Below the pieces are notes generated by a model. It saw nothing but the letters and a program-made list of their open reading frames with translations. It was not told the DNA's origin and made no database searches. From Phyllosticta citribraziliensis (Eukaryota), in contig NW_027117339.1 in NCBI RefSeq assembly GCF_038025025.1, positions 186,001-250,000 of the forward strand: a stretch of 64,000 nt of DNA. Reading direction: 5' to 3'. A program made the translations under genes and the position numbers. Shown here piece after piece: positions 1 to 13,637 of the stretch (positions within the stretch are counted from its first letter, which is position 1; each line of letters starts with the position of its first letter).

Positions 1-1189
1 CCCTCATGGCTGCATCCTGGTCAAGGGGGTAAACTCTCAGGCTTCGGCTGACGTCGAGTGCTTCTCGTAGTGCGGTCCAGGAGGCATACCACAGCGCCCA
101 CGCAGGAATCCGAATCCGAGAACGAGAAACGCGATAGGAAGTAGGTGCGTCATCTGTCCAATCCAAGGGTAACTGCGACAGCCATTTGTCGCGGCACTTC
201 GGAGGTGGATCCTCTCTCCCTCGCTGTGGCAGAGGGGCAGGTGGTTTTCCACCGAGTTGGAAGTACCTAGCAAAGTCCGCGGCCGATCGAGATGTGTCTA
301 CAGACTAATTGCTGCATGACTCCTCCAGTAGGATCCACGTAGAGATGGCTGCCCCAATTGCATCGTGCGTGGGAAAAGCCCTGGCATGGGTCGTGGAGCG
401 CAAAACCACACAGCAGGGGCACCCGCATGAGCCCTGGCAACGTTTTGAACTCGGCTAGACTGTCATCCTTTCAGGCGCTGCGCCGTGTGAATGCACCTCG
501 CAGAAGTTCAAGCGCTCGAGACGAGCGAACCTGGGATGAGAATGATTGGCTGCCACCCGCCGAGCATCAGTGCCAGGCCATCTGAGCTATACAATCTTCT
601 GCACAGCCCTCGGGCCTCCCAGTGCAACGTCTGTTATGCAGTGGATGCATCCAAGCAGACGGAAATCTCAGAGGCTTTGTTCATCAGGACGGTAGTGGCG
701 TTTCCTACGGTTTCTCCGGATTGCTCTGGGAACTACTGAAACAATTAGCAAACCACGCCGAATGCTCACGATGAATGGTCAGGAGAGCGGTTACAATCCC
801 ACAGCTGCCTCTAGAACTGGCTACGCCCAGGGATCTTACTTCTGAACATTCAGTCATGTGACCGGAGCCTCATCCTCCTCCCCGATTCTTGCGTCACGGC
901 TGCTACATAAAAACCCTTGAGCGGCTAAGCTCGGTCCTGTGCGCATTTGCTGTAAGGCAAAAGTGGCTTCCATTCCCAATCTTGCGTCAGCCGCGCGCCC
1001 ACTGTATCCGTCACGTTGCCCAAGGCCAAGTATTTGACATACCTACGGCCACTGTTCGGGCTACCCATCCCTACTGGTGTAGACTCTTCGACTTTTACCT
1101 CCCTGTGGGCCTTGGCCCAAGTTTAAACCGTTCCCTTGGATGGACACATTACTCTGAGTCAGCCCGCCGTGTTAGATTCTCTCTTGGCC

Positions 1190-3443
1190 ATGAGCGCTTT
1201 CCGTCCCATTCACCCTTCTCCCAACTCCCCGTTGTCGCAGCCTGCCATAGCACACGATTCTTCATACTCAGACCGCAACGCCCAACGAGATGGAAGCACC
1301 GATGAACAAGAGACTGGCAGTGTCCACAGAGCCCGGAAACGCCGCGCTCCAGCTCACGTATCTCGAAATGCGTGCACGAACTGCAAAAGTGCCCGTGCAA
1401 AGGTAGGTTGGCCTGTTGGAAGCACGAGACCCAAGGCATCGCTGACGTTTGGTCCCCTTGACTGCAAACAGTGCGATGGACAGGACCCGGATCCTTGTGG
1501 AAGATGCATAGCTCGTGACATGAAGAACCAGTGTCGTTACGAAATGCATGTCAAGCAGGTCAAGGAGGACATGGTCCGGAAGATCAAGAGTCTGGAGCAG
1601 CAGAACGCCAACCTTCAGGGCTCGATGAACGAGAGGGAGGACCAAATCGAAGCCATATTCGATGCCCTGAAGACCAGCGACCGAGGTCCCGAAGCGTTGA
1701 TCCGACTGCGTGCGGGCCAGTCCTGCGAGGAGATGGCTTCGTGGCTGGGTGCCTGCTCAGTGCGAGACGTTGGAAGAGCGTCCCCCGGCTCAGAGACCAG
1801 AATGTCGGACATTGTCGAGAATTACGAGTCGTCGATGCGGCTCAACTCGCCTTGTCAACCGTCCTACAGCGGGAGTATCTTGCAGTGGACGTCGGTCACT
1901 AGCGATCCCGGACTCCTTCAACACCTCACGTCCCTGTTCTTTTCCTGGGTGCACCCGGTCCACATGCTTTTTGATGAAGAATGCTTTCGAGAAAGCTGCG
2001 CCAAGGGCGACACGAGATACTGTTCGCCGGCGTTGGTCAACATCATTTGCGCAATGGGTTGCCTCTACCTCGTGGACCCAGAAGAGAGAGAAGGCCAATC
2101 GAAACAACTCCTGAACCGTTTTCTTGCGCAGGCGCTAGAAGACGTTGGCAAAGAAAGTCCTCAAAACTTGACGTACGCCGTAACCTATTGCATCCTTTTC
2201 TTGGTCGAGGTCGGCAGGAACGAAGCTCGAAAGGCTTCGTCGCATCTACGGCTTGCGGTCGAAAGTCTGAAGAGCCTGGCACGATGGGAGTACTCGTCAG
2301 AGGCTGTTGATGTACTGGTGTGTGGTGCACATTCCCTGAGCGCGTAAGTGTCATCCTCAGCAGCACTTGATTTTTTCTGACATCTTACAAGCATTTGGTC
2401 TGCATTGACCTTTCAACGACTTCCTTTCCCTGGCTCCCAGACCTCGGCATGGCGCAATGACAACACGGAGATCAAGACGGATACGCGATGGACTCCATAT
2501 CGATTCCCTCAGGATGCCTTTGGTCACGTCGCGAGCCACACGTCGATCGTCTCGAAACAATTGTCAAAGCTTAGCAGGATCATCAACGACATTGGGTCAA
2601 CCTATTTCGCCCAAGAGGGCCGTGTGGAAGCTCGCTCGGTCGTAGGCATCTATCAGCGGCTCCGCGAATGGAAGCGTAATTCGCCGGCTCCATTGAGCAT
2701 GGAAAGTGACAGGTCGAGGGACTCTTGTCAGCTGCCCCATGTGTTGTTTGTCAAGTATGACCCCTTGTTGGAGAACTTTTGGCTGGATGCTAAGATGAAG
2801 CAGCATGCTGTATAATGTTTGTCTTTGCCACTTGTTGCATCCAATCTCGGACTTGGACGAGCTCCCAATGGCAACGCGCGACCAAATCAAGAGCATCGTG
2901 GACCAAAGCGCAGTCGAAGGAATCAAACAGCTCGAGCGGTACCGGCACCTCTACACGCTGAGATACCAAAGTCCACTCCTGGCATTTTGTGTCGTGCACA
3001 TCTGCGTGGCGGTCCTTCAAGGAAGAAAGTCGACACCGGAGGATTCGTACCTCACAATAAGATTCGGATTAGAGGCCATGGAGGAAGCGTTGCCTGGTTT
3101 CGAATATGCAGGGCCTCTCGGGCTTTTGTTCTGTAGAGCGGTCGCCGAGCTCGACCTGGCCGCACCAGATGCTCTAAACACTTTGATGAGCACCCTGCCA
3201 GAGTACGGACCCGAGGAACTTCTGGATGCGTGTGAGAGGGTAACGTGTACACAGCCGCGTAGTACGCTGGTTGGGCGAATAGACAAAAGTTTTGGGGATG
3301 AGTTTGTGCAGCTCTGGAGGCAGACGGTTGGTGGATTGGATGGCAAGAATAGGAGGCAACAAGGCAGCGCAGCCAGCACCGGTGCAAGTACGTCGGGAAG
3401 CAGTGCCAGATTGATGCAGATCAAGTCGGTAGTCAACCCTTGA
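1190..3443 (+). CDS. Zn2Cys6 fungal transcription factor with middle homology region (NirA-like)
   Basis: Removing intron 1403-1471 (GTAGGT..CAG) gives CTNCKSARAK|CDGQDPDPCGRCIARDMKNQC, a six-Cys cluster. It is followed by a coiled coil and a Fungal_trans-like region (HLTSLFFSWVHPVH, YCSPALVNIICAMG). Further introns near 2344 and 2756; stop at 3443. Confidence 0.9.
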
Positions 3444-4481
3444 CACTGAAATTTTGACTACACCTGCTTTTCTGAATAGGGTCCTTTTTTGTTTGAATGC
3501 GCTGAATGAGGCTGGCAGGCAGCATTTCAACGAGCCATCGAGGCTTGGTCCAATCGTCGTGGTACTCACGAATCGGAGATGTGTGCATTGAGACGGCAAG
3601 GCTTCGCTCTCTTTGCATCAGACCTTGCACTTTCGCCAAGGCGTAAACAGTCGACTTGTCCTCAATACTGACATCGACCAGGCGATCCTGAGGCAGGATG
3701 TGCTGCCCAGATGAAGGCCAATGGGGACAGCCACAGCCTGCACCTCATTCGATGGCATCGAAAAAGAGCAGGTTTGGTGCGAAGATCGAGTGAGGATCGA
3801 CGAGTCGGTTTTTCGTCAAGGGTCTCTCATGACAGGCAACGGAGCTGTCTTCGTCAGCGTTTGCAAGGTGGGCCGTGTTGTGCGCGCAGGCCGCAGAATT
3901 TGAAGGTACAAAGTAAAGGCTGCTGCAGTGCAGTGAGGTCACAACGTTTTAACAAGTCCCCGGAGCTAGGTCCGATGTTGAGTATGCAAGGTTGATCAGG
4001 ATCGGAGCAGTCCCGGTCTGGCACGGGCCGCTGGCTGTGCACGAAGGCGAGGAGGCTGTCGGCCTGGACATGGAAGGTAACCGTGTGGAGAAGGTAACCG
4101 TGTGGAGAAATGGGAGGCTGAAGTTGTCGGATGTTTTTGTGTTTGAGGCTCAAAAGCTTTGCCTTGGATCCCGAACGGCCCGCTTGATCAGCACCATGGT
4201 CACTCAAATTGTGAAACATTGCAGTGTGCCTCTGTAGCATTGGACAAGTTGCAGGTTGCCCTCGCTTCAAGGGCATTTAATTATTCTCTCCGCCATTGAA
4301 GCAATAATCGTACTGTCATCGCCCACGCACCAAGTTGCTCGTCCACCTCGGGAAGCTTTCTCAAGGTCAGCATCCAAGCGAAGCGACACTGGCGTCTTTC
4401 CCAGTCGTCATTCAGCAGCGGATGGCGTTCGAATCACTTCCAGAATCCAGGCGGCCTAGAGCCAAGTCAATTCTGGACCGC

Positions 4482-6479
4482 TCATAGTGCAGTCACAGGC
4501 TGCATTGCACCGAATCTCTGATCAAGGTGCTCGTAGTCGAGCAGTAGTTCTCTCTGGGAGAGAAACTGTTAGTGGCACGAGACTTTGCGACCTTGTCGGA
4601 GTTGAGCATCATCTTACCCTCTCTCTTCTCCAGTTGTTGACGTCGAAGAAGATGTAACATCCTCGTTCTTGCTTATCGCTAAGACGCTGAGGCTGGGGGA
4701 AGTTTTGATCTTTCATCATCCACTGGCGAAGCTCCTTGTGCCAGCGCCAATCACGGTTCCACCTTGAGCCAAGTCAGTACAACCATTTTCACGGACAGCA
4801 GCGCAAGAACGGCCGAGTTTGCGACTTACAGCTCCTGGGCCGCAACTTCCTGGATGACATCCCTCGGATTCTGGTAGAAGATGGCAAACAGAGTCTCATC
4901 CGTAAAGCTGGGGATCTTGGTGTGGAGCGGCGGGACATTGGTCACGGTGTAAGCCGTGGGTAAAGTGAAATCCGGAACGACTGGTCGGGAGGCAGCATCT
5001 GCGAAAGGAGAGCCGAACGTCGGGTAAAGAGGCGAGTTGTCGGGGCGGTTGAGGTCGAGACCCAATACGGTAAGGTCCTGACCAACAGCAAGACTCGAGT
5101 GATCTTGGCTGTCTGGTGGTATCATTGCCAGCAGGCCGGGAAGGCCGAAGCGGTCGATTTCGTTCATCTGGGAAAGCCGTGGCTGATCGAGATGTTGAAC
5201 CGAGCTGGCCTTGACAGGTGGTTGAACGGGCTGCTGACTGCTGTAAGAAGCAGTGCTTGCCTCTCGTGCTCTCCTCTCCGCTGCAGCCCTCTCATCGCGC
5301 AAGACCGCTCCGCCCAACCTGTCGCCGACCGCATCGTGCTGACCATCCGCAGGACTCGACACTCCATTGCGTCCCTGTTGCACGCTGCCACCAAATCCAC
5401 CTGGGACAGCTCCACCAAAGGCAGCATTTTGAATCATGCCTGTCCTTCGATCTTGACCGACCTCACCAGAGCCGTTGCCTCCCAAGGGAGGAAATTCTTC
5501 AATGTTGACTTGTTGCTGTTGTTGGGGTGCTCCTGACAGTTGGCCCACACCTCCTTGACCACCGTAGAGATAATCATCCAATCCTCCGCCAAATTGAGAA
5601 TGCGCCGAGGACGTGTCGTCCTGGGGTTGTGCTTGATGATCTTGCTGAGACCGAATTGCTTGTGCAGATGGGGGCGCGGGCGTCGCTCCTTGGCCATGCG
5701 GTCGCTGGACGGGAGTGTGTTGGGCGCTGCGTATGCTGGGATTCGACCACAAAGCTTGGGACTGGTTGTTTTGGTGCTGAGTTTGGGGAGTTCCGGAGAG
5801 CGAAGGAAACTCGCTGTGGCCGCGATTAGTACTCCAATTTGGCATTGTTCAAGCCAGTCTTACGAGGGATCCAGTGGGGTGTTGGCCTGGGAGCCACCGC
5901 CTATCGTCTGCGCAAAACTGGAGATTCCTGCTGCGTTGGGTGTCCTCGTCTGCACGGCCGAGAGACCTGGTGCGCCGCCCATGGGCCCGTTGAAGCTCCA
6001 TCCTGACCCATTGCCTATCATGTGCTTGTTAGCGAAGCCATTCGGAAGGAGCAGAGGATGCAGAGCCGAATACCAAGCTTGGCGCCTTGTAGTCGGGAGG
6101 ACTGCATTGGGGTTCCGCGGCCTGCTCCTGTTTGTTGCGTTTGGAACATGGTTCCCGGCATGTTGCGTAGTTGCTGCGGCCCAGCTCCTGTATCTGTAGT
6201 TAGCAAATGTCCGCCGCCAAACATATTCTGAAATTGATCAAGAGGGCTCCGCGTTCACGAGCTTGGTCTGGGGTAACGGGAGACGCCGTCGCGGCTTGGG
6301 GCACAGGCAGAGCCAAGTATTGTCCATCGACAAATTCCCATGCCCCAGACTCAAGGCGCGCTGAGCGATAGGCGACCGGACACCTTGCGGTAGTGTTGCG
6401 TGCAGACACAGGTTGCAAGGCGACGCAGCGTTGAGAGGATGATGTTGGTGAACCAAGGGTACCGACCTGGGCGATTCAT
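4482..6479 (-). CDS. NOT2: CCR4-NOT complex subunit NOT2
   Basis: Multi-exon model: MNRP start, EFPSL/EEFPPL motifs, DRFGLPGLL, GQDLTVLGLDLN, NOT-box DETLFAIFYQNPRDVIQEVAAQEL|WNRDWRWHKELRQW, YIFFDVNNW; TGA at 4482-4484. Confidence 0.93.
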
Positions 6480-6814
6480 GATAGCGAGCGGAGGTGCGAC
6501 TGTGTCGAGGACAGCAAAGCGGTCTGGGACTCTGGAAGCAAACACCGGGAGACGTGCGCGAGGGTGTGTGGGGGTGGATTGTTTGCTTGACGCTGTTGCG
6601 CGATCATGGGCTTGGGTTCTTGGTCTTGGGCTTCGGCTGGAAACGAGTCGTGGCCGCAACGCGTGTGCTTTGGACGCGGAAATGCGGCCAAGACTTTGCC
6701 GTGGGGGACCCTTGCAGCTGCCAGGTCACGGCCGCGAAAATCCGCCGCTGCACTTGCTGCAAGTCAACACCATCGCCGACAGCATCGACCTCCCAATTGA
6801 CGCCCACCGTCGCC

Positions 6815-7830
6815 ATGAATGCCCGCGCCCTCTCGCGAGCATCTCTGAATGCCCGGCACGTCGCCCACCAGCCGCACTCGCCGTCCTTTACTCGATTTCC
6901 TGGCGCCGTTACACCGTGTCCGATCACGCAACAAAGATGGAGAGGAGACGCGAACAAGGACCGGGGAGTCTCTGCCATGAGAAGCACAGGTCTGCGACGC
7001 CGCCAACGACTATCGGTCAAGTTGAAGGACCTGCCCGCTCCTAGATGGAAGATTCCCCGCGCGTCGCACGAAGTCGACGAGGAACACGGACTGTGGCAAT
7101 TCTTCAATTCAGAAAAGCAATTGCTGTCGAAGCCAGAGGAAGATGCCGCTCATGGTGAGCACTACCGTCCGGCTTGAAATCGCGTGCTGATTTCGAGTGC
7201 AGGCCGCTCGTGGACAATGTCCGAACTACGTCAGAAGTCCTGGGAAGATTTGCACCGGTTATGGTGGACATGCGTCAAGGAGCGCAACCGTTTGGCCACT
7301 GAGGCCTACGAGAGGAAACGCATCGAAGCTGGTTACGGCGACTACGAGGCGGACGAGAGAGACAAGACGGTAAGCCCTCTTGCGGCACAACAGCGGAGGA
7401 CATGGCGAAAGTGCCAACTGGTACCGACTACAGTGTTGATTGGCGGGATCTGGTCACGTTGACTGCAAAGATGATCAATGCGCTAATAGCTCTCGTGTCG
7501 CGCAGGTCAAAGACACCATGAAAGCAATCAGGCACACGCTGATCGAACGTTGGTATGCATGGGAAAATGCTAGACAAGCAGCATTGGACGATCCCGAGGT
7601 CAACCTGTCTGGCCACGGCGAGGCATACAATCCCCAGGTTGTTGAGGTGGGTAATGAACCATTCTGTATGGATTTGAGCTGACAAGCGGCAGGACGGCGA
7701 ATATGACGAGCTGGCCGAAGAAGCATTCGAGGAAACAAACCCAACCACAAGTTCTCAGTCTCCCGCAGCAGCAGAAAACGCAAAAGCAGCGCAAAGTAAG
7801 AAGCCAGAGTCGTCGCATCAGACGGCATGA
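6815..7830 (+). CDS. MRPL4: Mitochondrial large-subunit ribosomal protein uL29m (MRPL4/MRP-L47)
   Basis: Basic presequence; HGLWQFF...[34 protein letters not shown] motif; three GT-AG introns; divergent from NOT2. Confidence 0.92.
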
Positions 7831-8261
7831 GGAGGTACATGCAATAAGGGTTACAAAATGATGGTTGCCCGTGCGGAGGCCTAATGAAGTGATCTGCTGG
7901 GAGGGCCAAAAAGGGAAGGCTTCTGGGCCACGGCACCAGACGGGGCTGATGTAGGGTACGGTGTGCATGACGTGTTATTGTATCAAAATATACCAGACGA
8001 GGGAACCGTTGATTGTGAGTTGAGCAGGCGAGCTGTATGCGGCCCCTCCCGGGGACCCGAACGTTGTAGCTACCGTAGGGAGTCTTGGCGGGGCGCGACT
8101 CGTGGCAATCTAAAGGCGGTGGCTCAAGCTTCAGGTCACCGCGCGACCCCCTCCTCAAAACGACCATCCACCTCCGTCCTCTCTCCTATATTTTGCCTAC
8201 GATTCCCTCGTCTTCCTGTCCCAGAACCATAGTCCACCTCTCTACCACTACCGCCGTCATC

Positions 8262-10033
8262 ATGGAAGAAGTCGCCCCCGAGTACGATGTCGTTGTCCTT
8301 GGCACCGGTAACTACCCCGCCGCTCCCTCTCCGCGAGCACTTGTGAGCTAATACGAGCACCCAGGCCTGACCGAATGTGTTCTTTCTGGGTACGCTGAGT
8401 CGGATCCTCTAGCCCACGGCCGCGAGCTAACATTGCCCCAGAGTGTTGAGTGTCAAGGGCAAGAAGGTCCTGCACATGGACAGGAATGACCACTACGGCG
8501 GGTACGCGGCATCCCTGAATTGAAGGCGAGGAGGCTGTTTGCTAACGCTCAGCAGTGAGGCTGCTTCTCTGAACATCGAGGCTGTATGCCAGACCCATTT
8601 CCCGCATTCCCGGCAAACGCTCACACATGGATAGATGTTCAAGAAGTATGGCAACTACAACCAGGGCGAGGAGCCGTGGAAGAAGTACGGCCGCGCGAAC
8701 GACTGGAACATCGACCTCGTCCCCAAGCTCCTCATGTCCAGCGGAGAGCTCACCAACATCCTCGTCTCGACCGACGTCACCCGATACCTCGAGTTCAAGC
8801 AGATTGCTGGCAGCTACGTGCAGCAGGGCAAGGGCACCAAGGCGACTGTCGCTAGGGTGCCTTCTGATGCCGGCGAGGCTCTGAGGTCTCCTCTGATGGG
8901 TCTTTTCGAGAAGAGGCGGGCGAGGAGCTTCCTCGAGTGGGTTGGCTCGTTCAAGGAGAACGACCCGGCCACGCACAAGGGTCAGTTTCAACTCCTATAT
9001 GGCGCATTGACCAGAGTCTGAGACAAGCTTATAGGATTGAACCTGAATGTTTCGACCATGAGGGAGGTCTACGAGAAGTTTGGCCTGGAGCCTTCCACTC
9101 AAGACTTCATCGGCCACTCGATGGCCCTCTACCAGAACGATGAATACATTGGAGTCTCTGGCAGGGCCATTGAGACGATTGAGCGCATCAGGCTGTACGT
9201 CAACTCTGTCGCGCGCTACGGAAAGTCGCCCTACATCTACCCGCTGTACGGCCTCGGCGAGCTTCCCCAGGGTTTCGCTCGTCTGTCCGCCATTTACGGA
9301 GGTACCTACATGCTCAACGCCGACGTTGATGAGATTCTGTACGAGGGAGGCAAGGTCTCTGGCATCAAGGCCACCATGAAGGAGAGGGACGCGCCCGGCG
9401 AGGCCATGAAGTTTACCACCAAGTGCAAGAAGATCTTGGCGGATCCCAGCTACTTTGCCGACAAGGTGAAGCCCACCGGCCACCTTTTGAAGGCCATTTG
9501 CATTCTCAACCACCCCATCCCGGGTACCGACAACTCCGATTCGCTCCAACTCATCATTCCCCAGAGCCAGGTCGGCCGCAAGAATGGTGAGTGACACGTC
9601 CAGCCCAAACTTTCAAACCTAACCGCGTCTAGACATATACATTGCCGTCGTCTCCTCGGCACACAACGTTTGCCCCAAGGGCTACTACATTGCCATTGTC
9701 AGCACAATCGCCGAGGGTGACAGCAACCACCACCTCGAGCTGGAGCCTGGCTTCGAGCGTCTCGGCAAGATTGAGGAGAAGTTCCAGGGTCCTCCCATTC
9801 CCCTGTACGAGCCCATTGAGGACGGCACCAACGACAACATTTTCATCTCCAAGAGCTACGACGCAACCAGCCACTTTGAGACGACGACAGGTGAGTTTTG
9901 TTTGCCAGTGTTATAAACAAGCTGCTAACTCTTCTCCACAGACGACATCAAGGACATTTACCGTCGCGCAGAGGGTCAAGAGCTGAAGGTCGAGGGTCTC
10001 AGGGATGAGCAGAAGCTGGTTGCCGAAGAGTAA
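8262..10033 (+). CDS. GDI1: Rab GDP-dissociation inhibitor
   Basis: EYDVVVLGTG|LTECVLSG, MDRNDHYGG, DWNIDLVPKLLM, RYGKSPYIYPLYGLGELPQGFARLSAIYGGTYML, SKSYDATSHFET; several short 5' exons. Confidence 0.97.
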
Positions 10034-10308
10034 AAGTGCCACGAACGGGGGATTGGTCCGGATAGAAAGGCATTGGGATGGCCATGGAGCAAGGAATTTT
10101 TTCATTTTCTTTCCTAGTTGAACTCACCAAACTTGTCGCATTGTAATAGGCAAGAGAGCAATAACTCACGTGTTTTGGTTCCACAATCTTGACAGGCTGA
10201 TGATCAATCTCGTTTGTAAAGTCCATCTCGGATGGAATTGGAGCGCCATGCGCATGAGGGTCCCACCGCCCCCTTCTCTATTACTGTACATTGCACATGG
10301 ACCCCTTT

Positions 10309-11293
10309 TTACATTTGTTGCGCGATCCACTCCCACCATGCGTCAACCCCTGGACCCTCTTCCCCGCTGACGCTGCCTCCCACCACCTCGACTGGCACAT
10401 TCAGCTCCTCCATTTGCTTAAAGTCAAACTTGCCCTCGCCTCCAAAGCCCAGCCACTCCTTGTCGTCGCCGCCATCACCTTCCTCTTCGTTGTACGCCAC
10501 GTCCATGACGCCCTTTGCCCTGGCCACGCGCACCTTTTCAATCTCCGCCTCCAGCTGCGCGCGCACAAGCTGAGCCGGCAGCGCCGTGAAGAGATCCATC
10601 TTGTTTGCCGCAACGAGGACGGGCGTGGGGCGCGGCGGGCGGCTAGTCTTGTTGCCCGTGTAGCGGCGCTGCAGGACGAGCAGCACGTCGTGCAGGTACT
10701 CTGCGGCGTCGCTGAGGGCCGACCCGGCGCCGCCGCTGTTGGCAATGGCGGCCGCGTCGACCATGTAGACGACGCCGGCCAGGTTGGGCACGGCGCTGTA
10801 GGTGGCGGCGGCCAGCGAACGCGCGCGCAGCTTGCCGTGCCCCGGCGTGTCGTGCAGCGCCAGCCGCCGGTTGCGGTCGTTGGTCGGGTCGTTGGCGCTG
10901 CGGAACCGCGCGCTGAACGGCGTGTAGTCGGGGTGCAGGGCGAGCGTCGTCTTGTGCGGCGTTTGGGTTGGGTGCGTCTCGCGCGGGCGCCCGGTTTCGA
11001 GCTGCGAAGCTGTTAGTTGGCGGAGCTCTCTGATCAGGACGGCTTTCGGTATGAGATCCAATTGCTCTTGGGTCGAAAGAGGGCCGTACCGATGTGACCA
11101 GCGTCGTCTTTCCAGCACCACTTGGCCCGACCAAGACGAACGCCGGCGGACTGGCGGGCGTCCTCTGGCGATAGAGGTACAGGTGGAGCAGGACGGGGAA
11201 GCCCAAGGCGACGACGAGGGTGACGAGGAAGGTGCTGAGGTGGGCGCCAAACAGCTGGGTCACCCAGCTGTCTGGATCGTGCCAGGCCACCAT
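10309..11293 (-). CDS. SRP102: Signal recognition particle receptor beta subunit (GTPase)
   Basis: N-terminal TM segment, P-loop GPSGAGKT, DTPGHGKLR, NKMDLFTA; one intron at about 11012-11089. Confidence 0.9.
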
Positions 11294-12329
11294 TCTGGAC
11301 GTGTTTGGTGGGTGGGTTGGAGTTTTGGTGGTGGTGACGCGACCGAAGTTGTAGCCGCGCTGTCGCAGCAGAAACCTAAACCCTGATGGTCGGCTGGGCC
11401 CTGGGCGGGCGGAAGCTCCCTCTCCGCCTCAGCCCATGCCGGTCGGCGAAGGCGCTGCGGGCCGAAACCGAATCCTTCCACACCATCGTCGTCTTTACAT
11501 CTCACGACCATCGTCTTACTTTGCATCTCGCCAAGAAGCTGGCAATACGGGTGTTATCTCGCGATCTGGCTTGAAGTGCGCTCCCGCCATATCTGATCTC
11601 TCAGCAATGGACAACCAAGTCCTCGATTGCAACGAAAAACACTGCTCGAGGGCTTCTGTCTTCACTTTCTCTCTGTTTGAGTCTTCCCTTTCAACAAAAC
11701 TTTCCCAGTCGGATTTTGGCGTACACCTTGATAAGCAGGCTGAGCATGAAGACAGCTCTGGAGAGCTTGATGTACACAATTTTCCCCGACTGGATGCTCC
11801 AACCCCACCGCTTGAGCGAACGTGATCATCACGAAACCCCAGGCAAATCTCCGTTCTGAATTTGCTTGGCTATAGGATTCATTTAAACTGGTTACGTTAG
11901 GAAATTGACTGACAGTGTATAGATGCTGATCTGACTCGACCGTAAAAAACAAACACGAATGCTCCTAGTGCAACTATCTCATACAAGCAGGCCACTACAG
12001 GACCTGTGTCCTGCCGACAAACCATTGCGCTTCATCACGCAAATGAATGACTTGCTCATCCTCGGAGCATGAAGCAGCCTACCTACCTGACCACGCATTA
12101 GTGCGCAACCGCCGTTCTTCCCGAGAACCCTCCAACCGTCGACAGCCGCCTGAACAGCCCATTGTTCAACCCGATTCCGCCGCCACTGCTCGCAGGCGAG
12201 TCCGTCATGGGCGTGTCTCCGTCGTGCTCTTGCGGCGCAAGCGGGTCGTCCTGAGTCCTGTACATGCCGGACTCGTGTCAGCCGAAACAGCCAGCGACGC
12301 GAGGAGAGGAAGAGCTAGGAAGAAAGACC

Positions 12330-13637
12330 TTACATGAAGAGCATGTCGTCGAAGGGCGGCCGGGGGTCGCTGACGTTGGAGCTGCGAGGCCGGTTACCGC
12401 TGCTGGGCGAGCCGGACGGCGCGCTGGCCGGGTCCGTCGGAGGAGAGAACGTGCGCGGGACGTTTGAAGATGCCGTCACCGTCATTGCTGGCGTGGCCAT
12501 GGACGAAGTGCTGGTGTTGCTGCGGAAGTTGGTGGGGATGGGCGGCACGTCTTCGCCAACGGAGAAGTTTTGGTCGACGCTGGAAGCAGGCCTAGTGCTT
12601 GTTAACTGCGAACCGGGAATAACCGTCATGTCCAAATCGGAGGACATGGCATACCTGCTCAGAGACGTCTCGAAAAGATTGGTGTTGAGCATGGCGGCAG
12701 CAGGAGTTGGGGGAATGGTCGCCATGGGCTCGAACGAGCCGCCGCTGTGTCGAAGCGAGCTCGGCTTGAACAGATTCTTGGGCAGATGCGGAGGCTGGAT
12801 GGAGCCGTGCGGCAGCGATGGTGGCACCATGTTGGGGTTGGTGCTGATGTTGCTGTTGATGTTGCTGCTGCTATTGTTGTTGCTGGCAACGGATAGGACG
12901 GACTGTCTGCGGCCAGGGGCAGAGTTGATGCCGGACGTCATGGCAGTGCTCATCCTCCTCAACATGGACCGCACCGTACCCTCAGTCTGCTCGGAGCGCT
13001 GCTGGGCCTCGCTAGGAGCCTCGGACGGCGCCATGAGGTTGAAGATGCCCTTGATGGCGCCGATGGACGCGCCAACCGCCGCCTGGACCGTCGACCACGA
13101 GTTTTCGAGCCGGATAAAGTCGTCGAGGTAGCATTCGATTTGGTCAATCTGCGCGAGGCAGACTTCCATGGCATCGGCGACAAACGTCGTGCCCCAGATC
13201 CACACATTGGCCGCCTCCTCCTGGGAGTGCATTGGCTGGGCATTGATCATGGTAATGGCCGAATTGATCATCTTGTCGATCGCCTTCTCCGCCTTTTCCT
13301 TTTGTTGCGCCGAGTCGACGTAGTAGATGGCACGGCGGTCTTCGTAGTTGCCATTCTGCTCGCGGACACCCGTCTTGACGCTCTCGTACACGTTCTTGAA
13401 GGCGTCCTCATGCACGTACGCCATGACCGAATTGTAGTTGTCCAACGAGGCAAGCACCTGGTCGGCCGCATCGCCAATGGCATCCGTCAGCGCCGCGAGA
13501 TGGTCGGTCCCCTCCAACAACCGATGCGCCTGCAGCGTCTTGAAAAACGTAAAGTCGCCAGTGCGACTGGCGGCGTGCAGATTGTGCCGGATGAGGGCCA
13601 CGCGCTGGGTCCAGTGCAGCTTCTTCTCGGCAATCAT
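12330..13637 (-). CDS. Hypothetical protein (helical N-terminal domain, Ser/Pro-rich disordered tail)
   Basis: Intronless 435-aa ORF with GC3-rich coding-like codon usage; no family recognised. Confidence 0.75.
   Translation of the reverse strand: MIAEKKLHWTQRVALIRHNLHAASRTGDFTFFKTLQAHRLLEGTDHLAALTDAIGDAADQVLASLDNYNSVMAYVHEDAFKNVYESVKTGVREQNGNYEDRRAIYYVDSAQQKEKAEKAIDKMINSAITMINAQPMHSQEEAANVWIWGTTFVADAMEVCLAQIDQIECYLDDFIRLENSWSTVQAAVGASIGAIKGIFNLMAPSEAPSEAQQRSEQTEGTVRSMLRRMSTAMTSGINSAPGRRQSVLSVASNNNSSSNINSNISTNPNMVPPSLPHGSIQPPHLPKNLFKPSSLRHSGGSFEPMATIPPTPAAAMLNTNLFETSLSRYAMSSDLDMTVIPGSQLTSTRPASSVDQNFSVGEDVPPIPTNFRSNTSTSSMATPAMTVTASSNVPRTFSPPTDPASAPSGSPSSGNRPRSSNVSDPRPPFDDMLFM

Noticed and set aside
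4073..4109. 17-bp tandem duplication (GAAGGTAACCGTGTGGA x2)
   Set aside because: Isolated slippage-type duplication with no supportable gene or element around it.
3433..4460. Short ORFs between the transcription factor and NOT2
   Set aside because: No recognisable motif or consistent exon chain.
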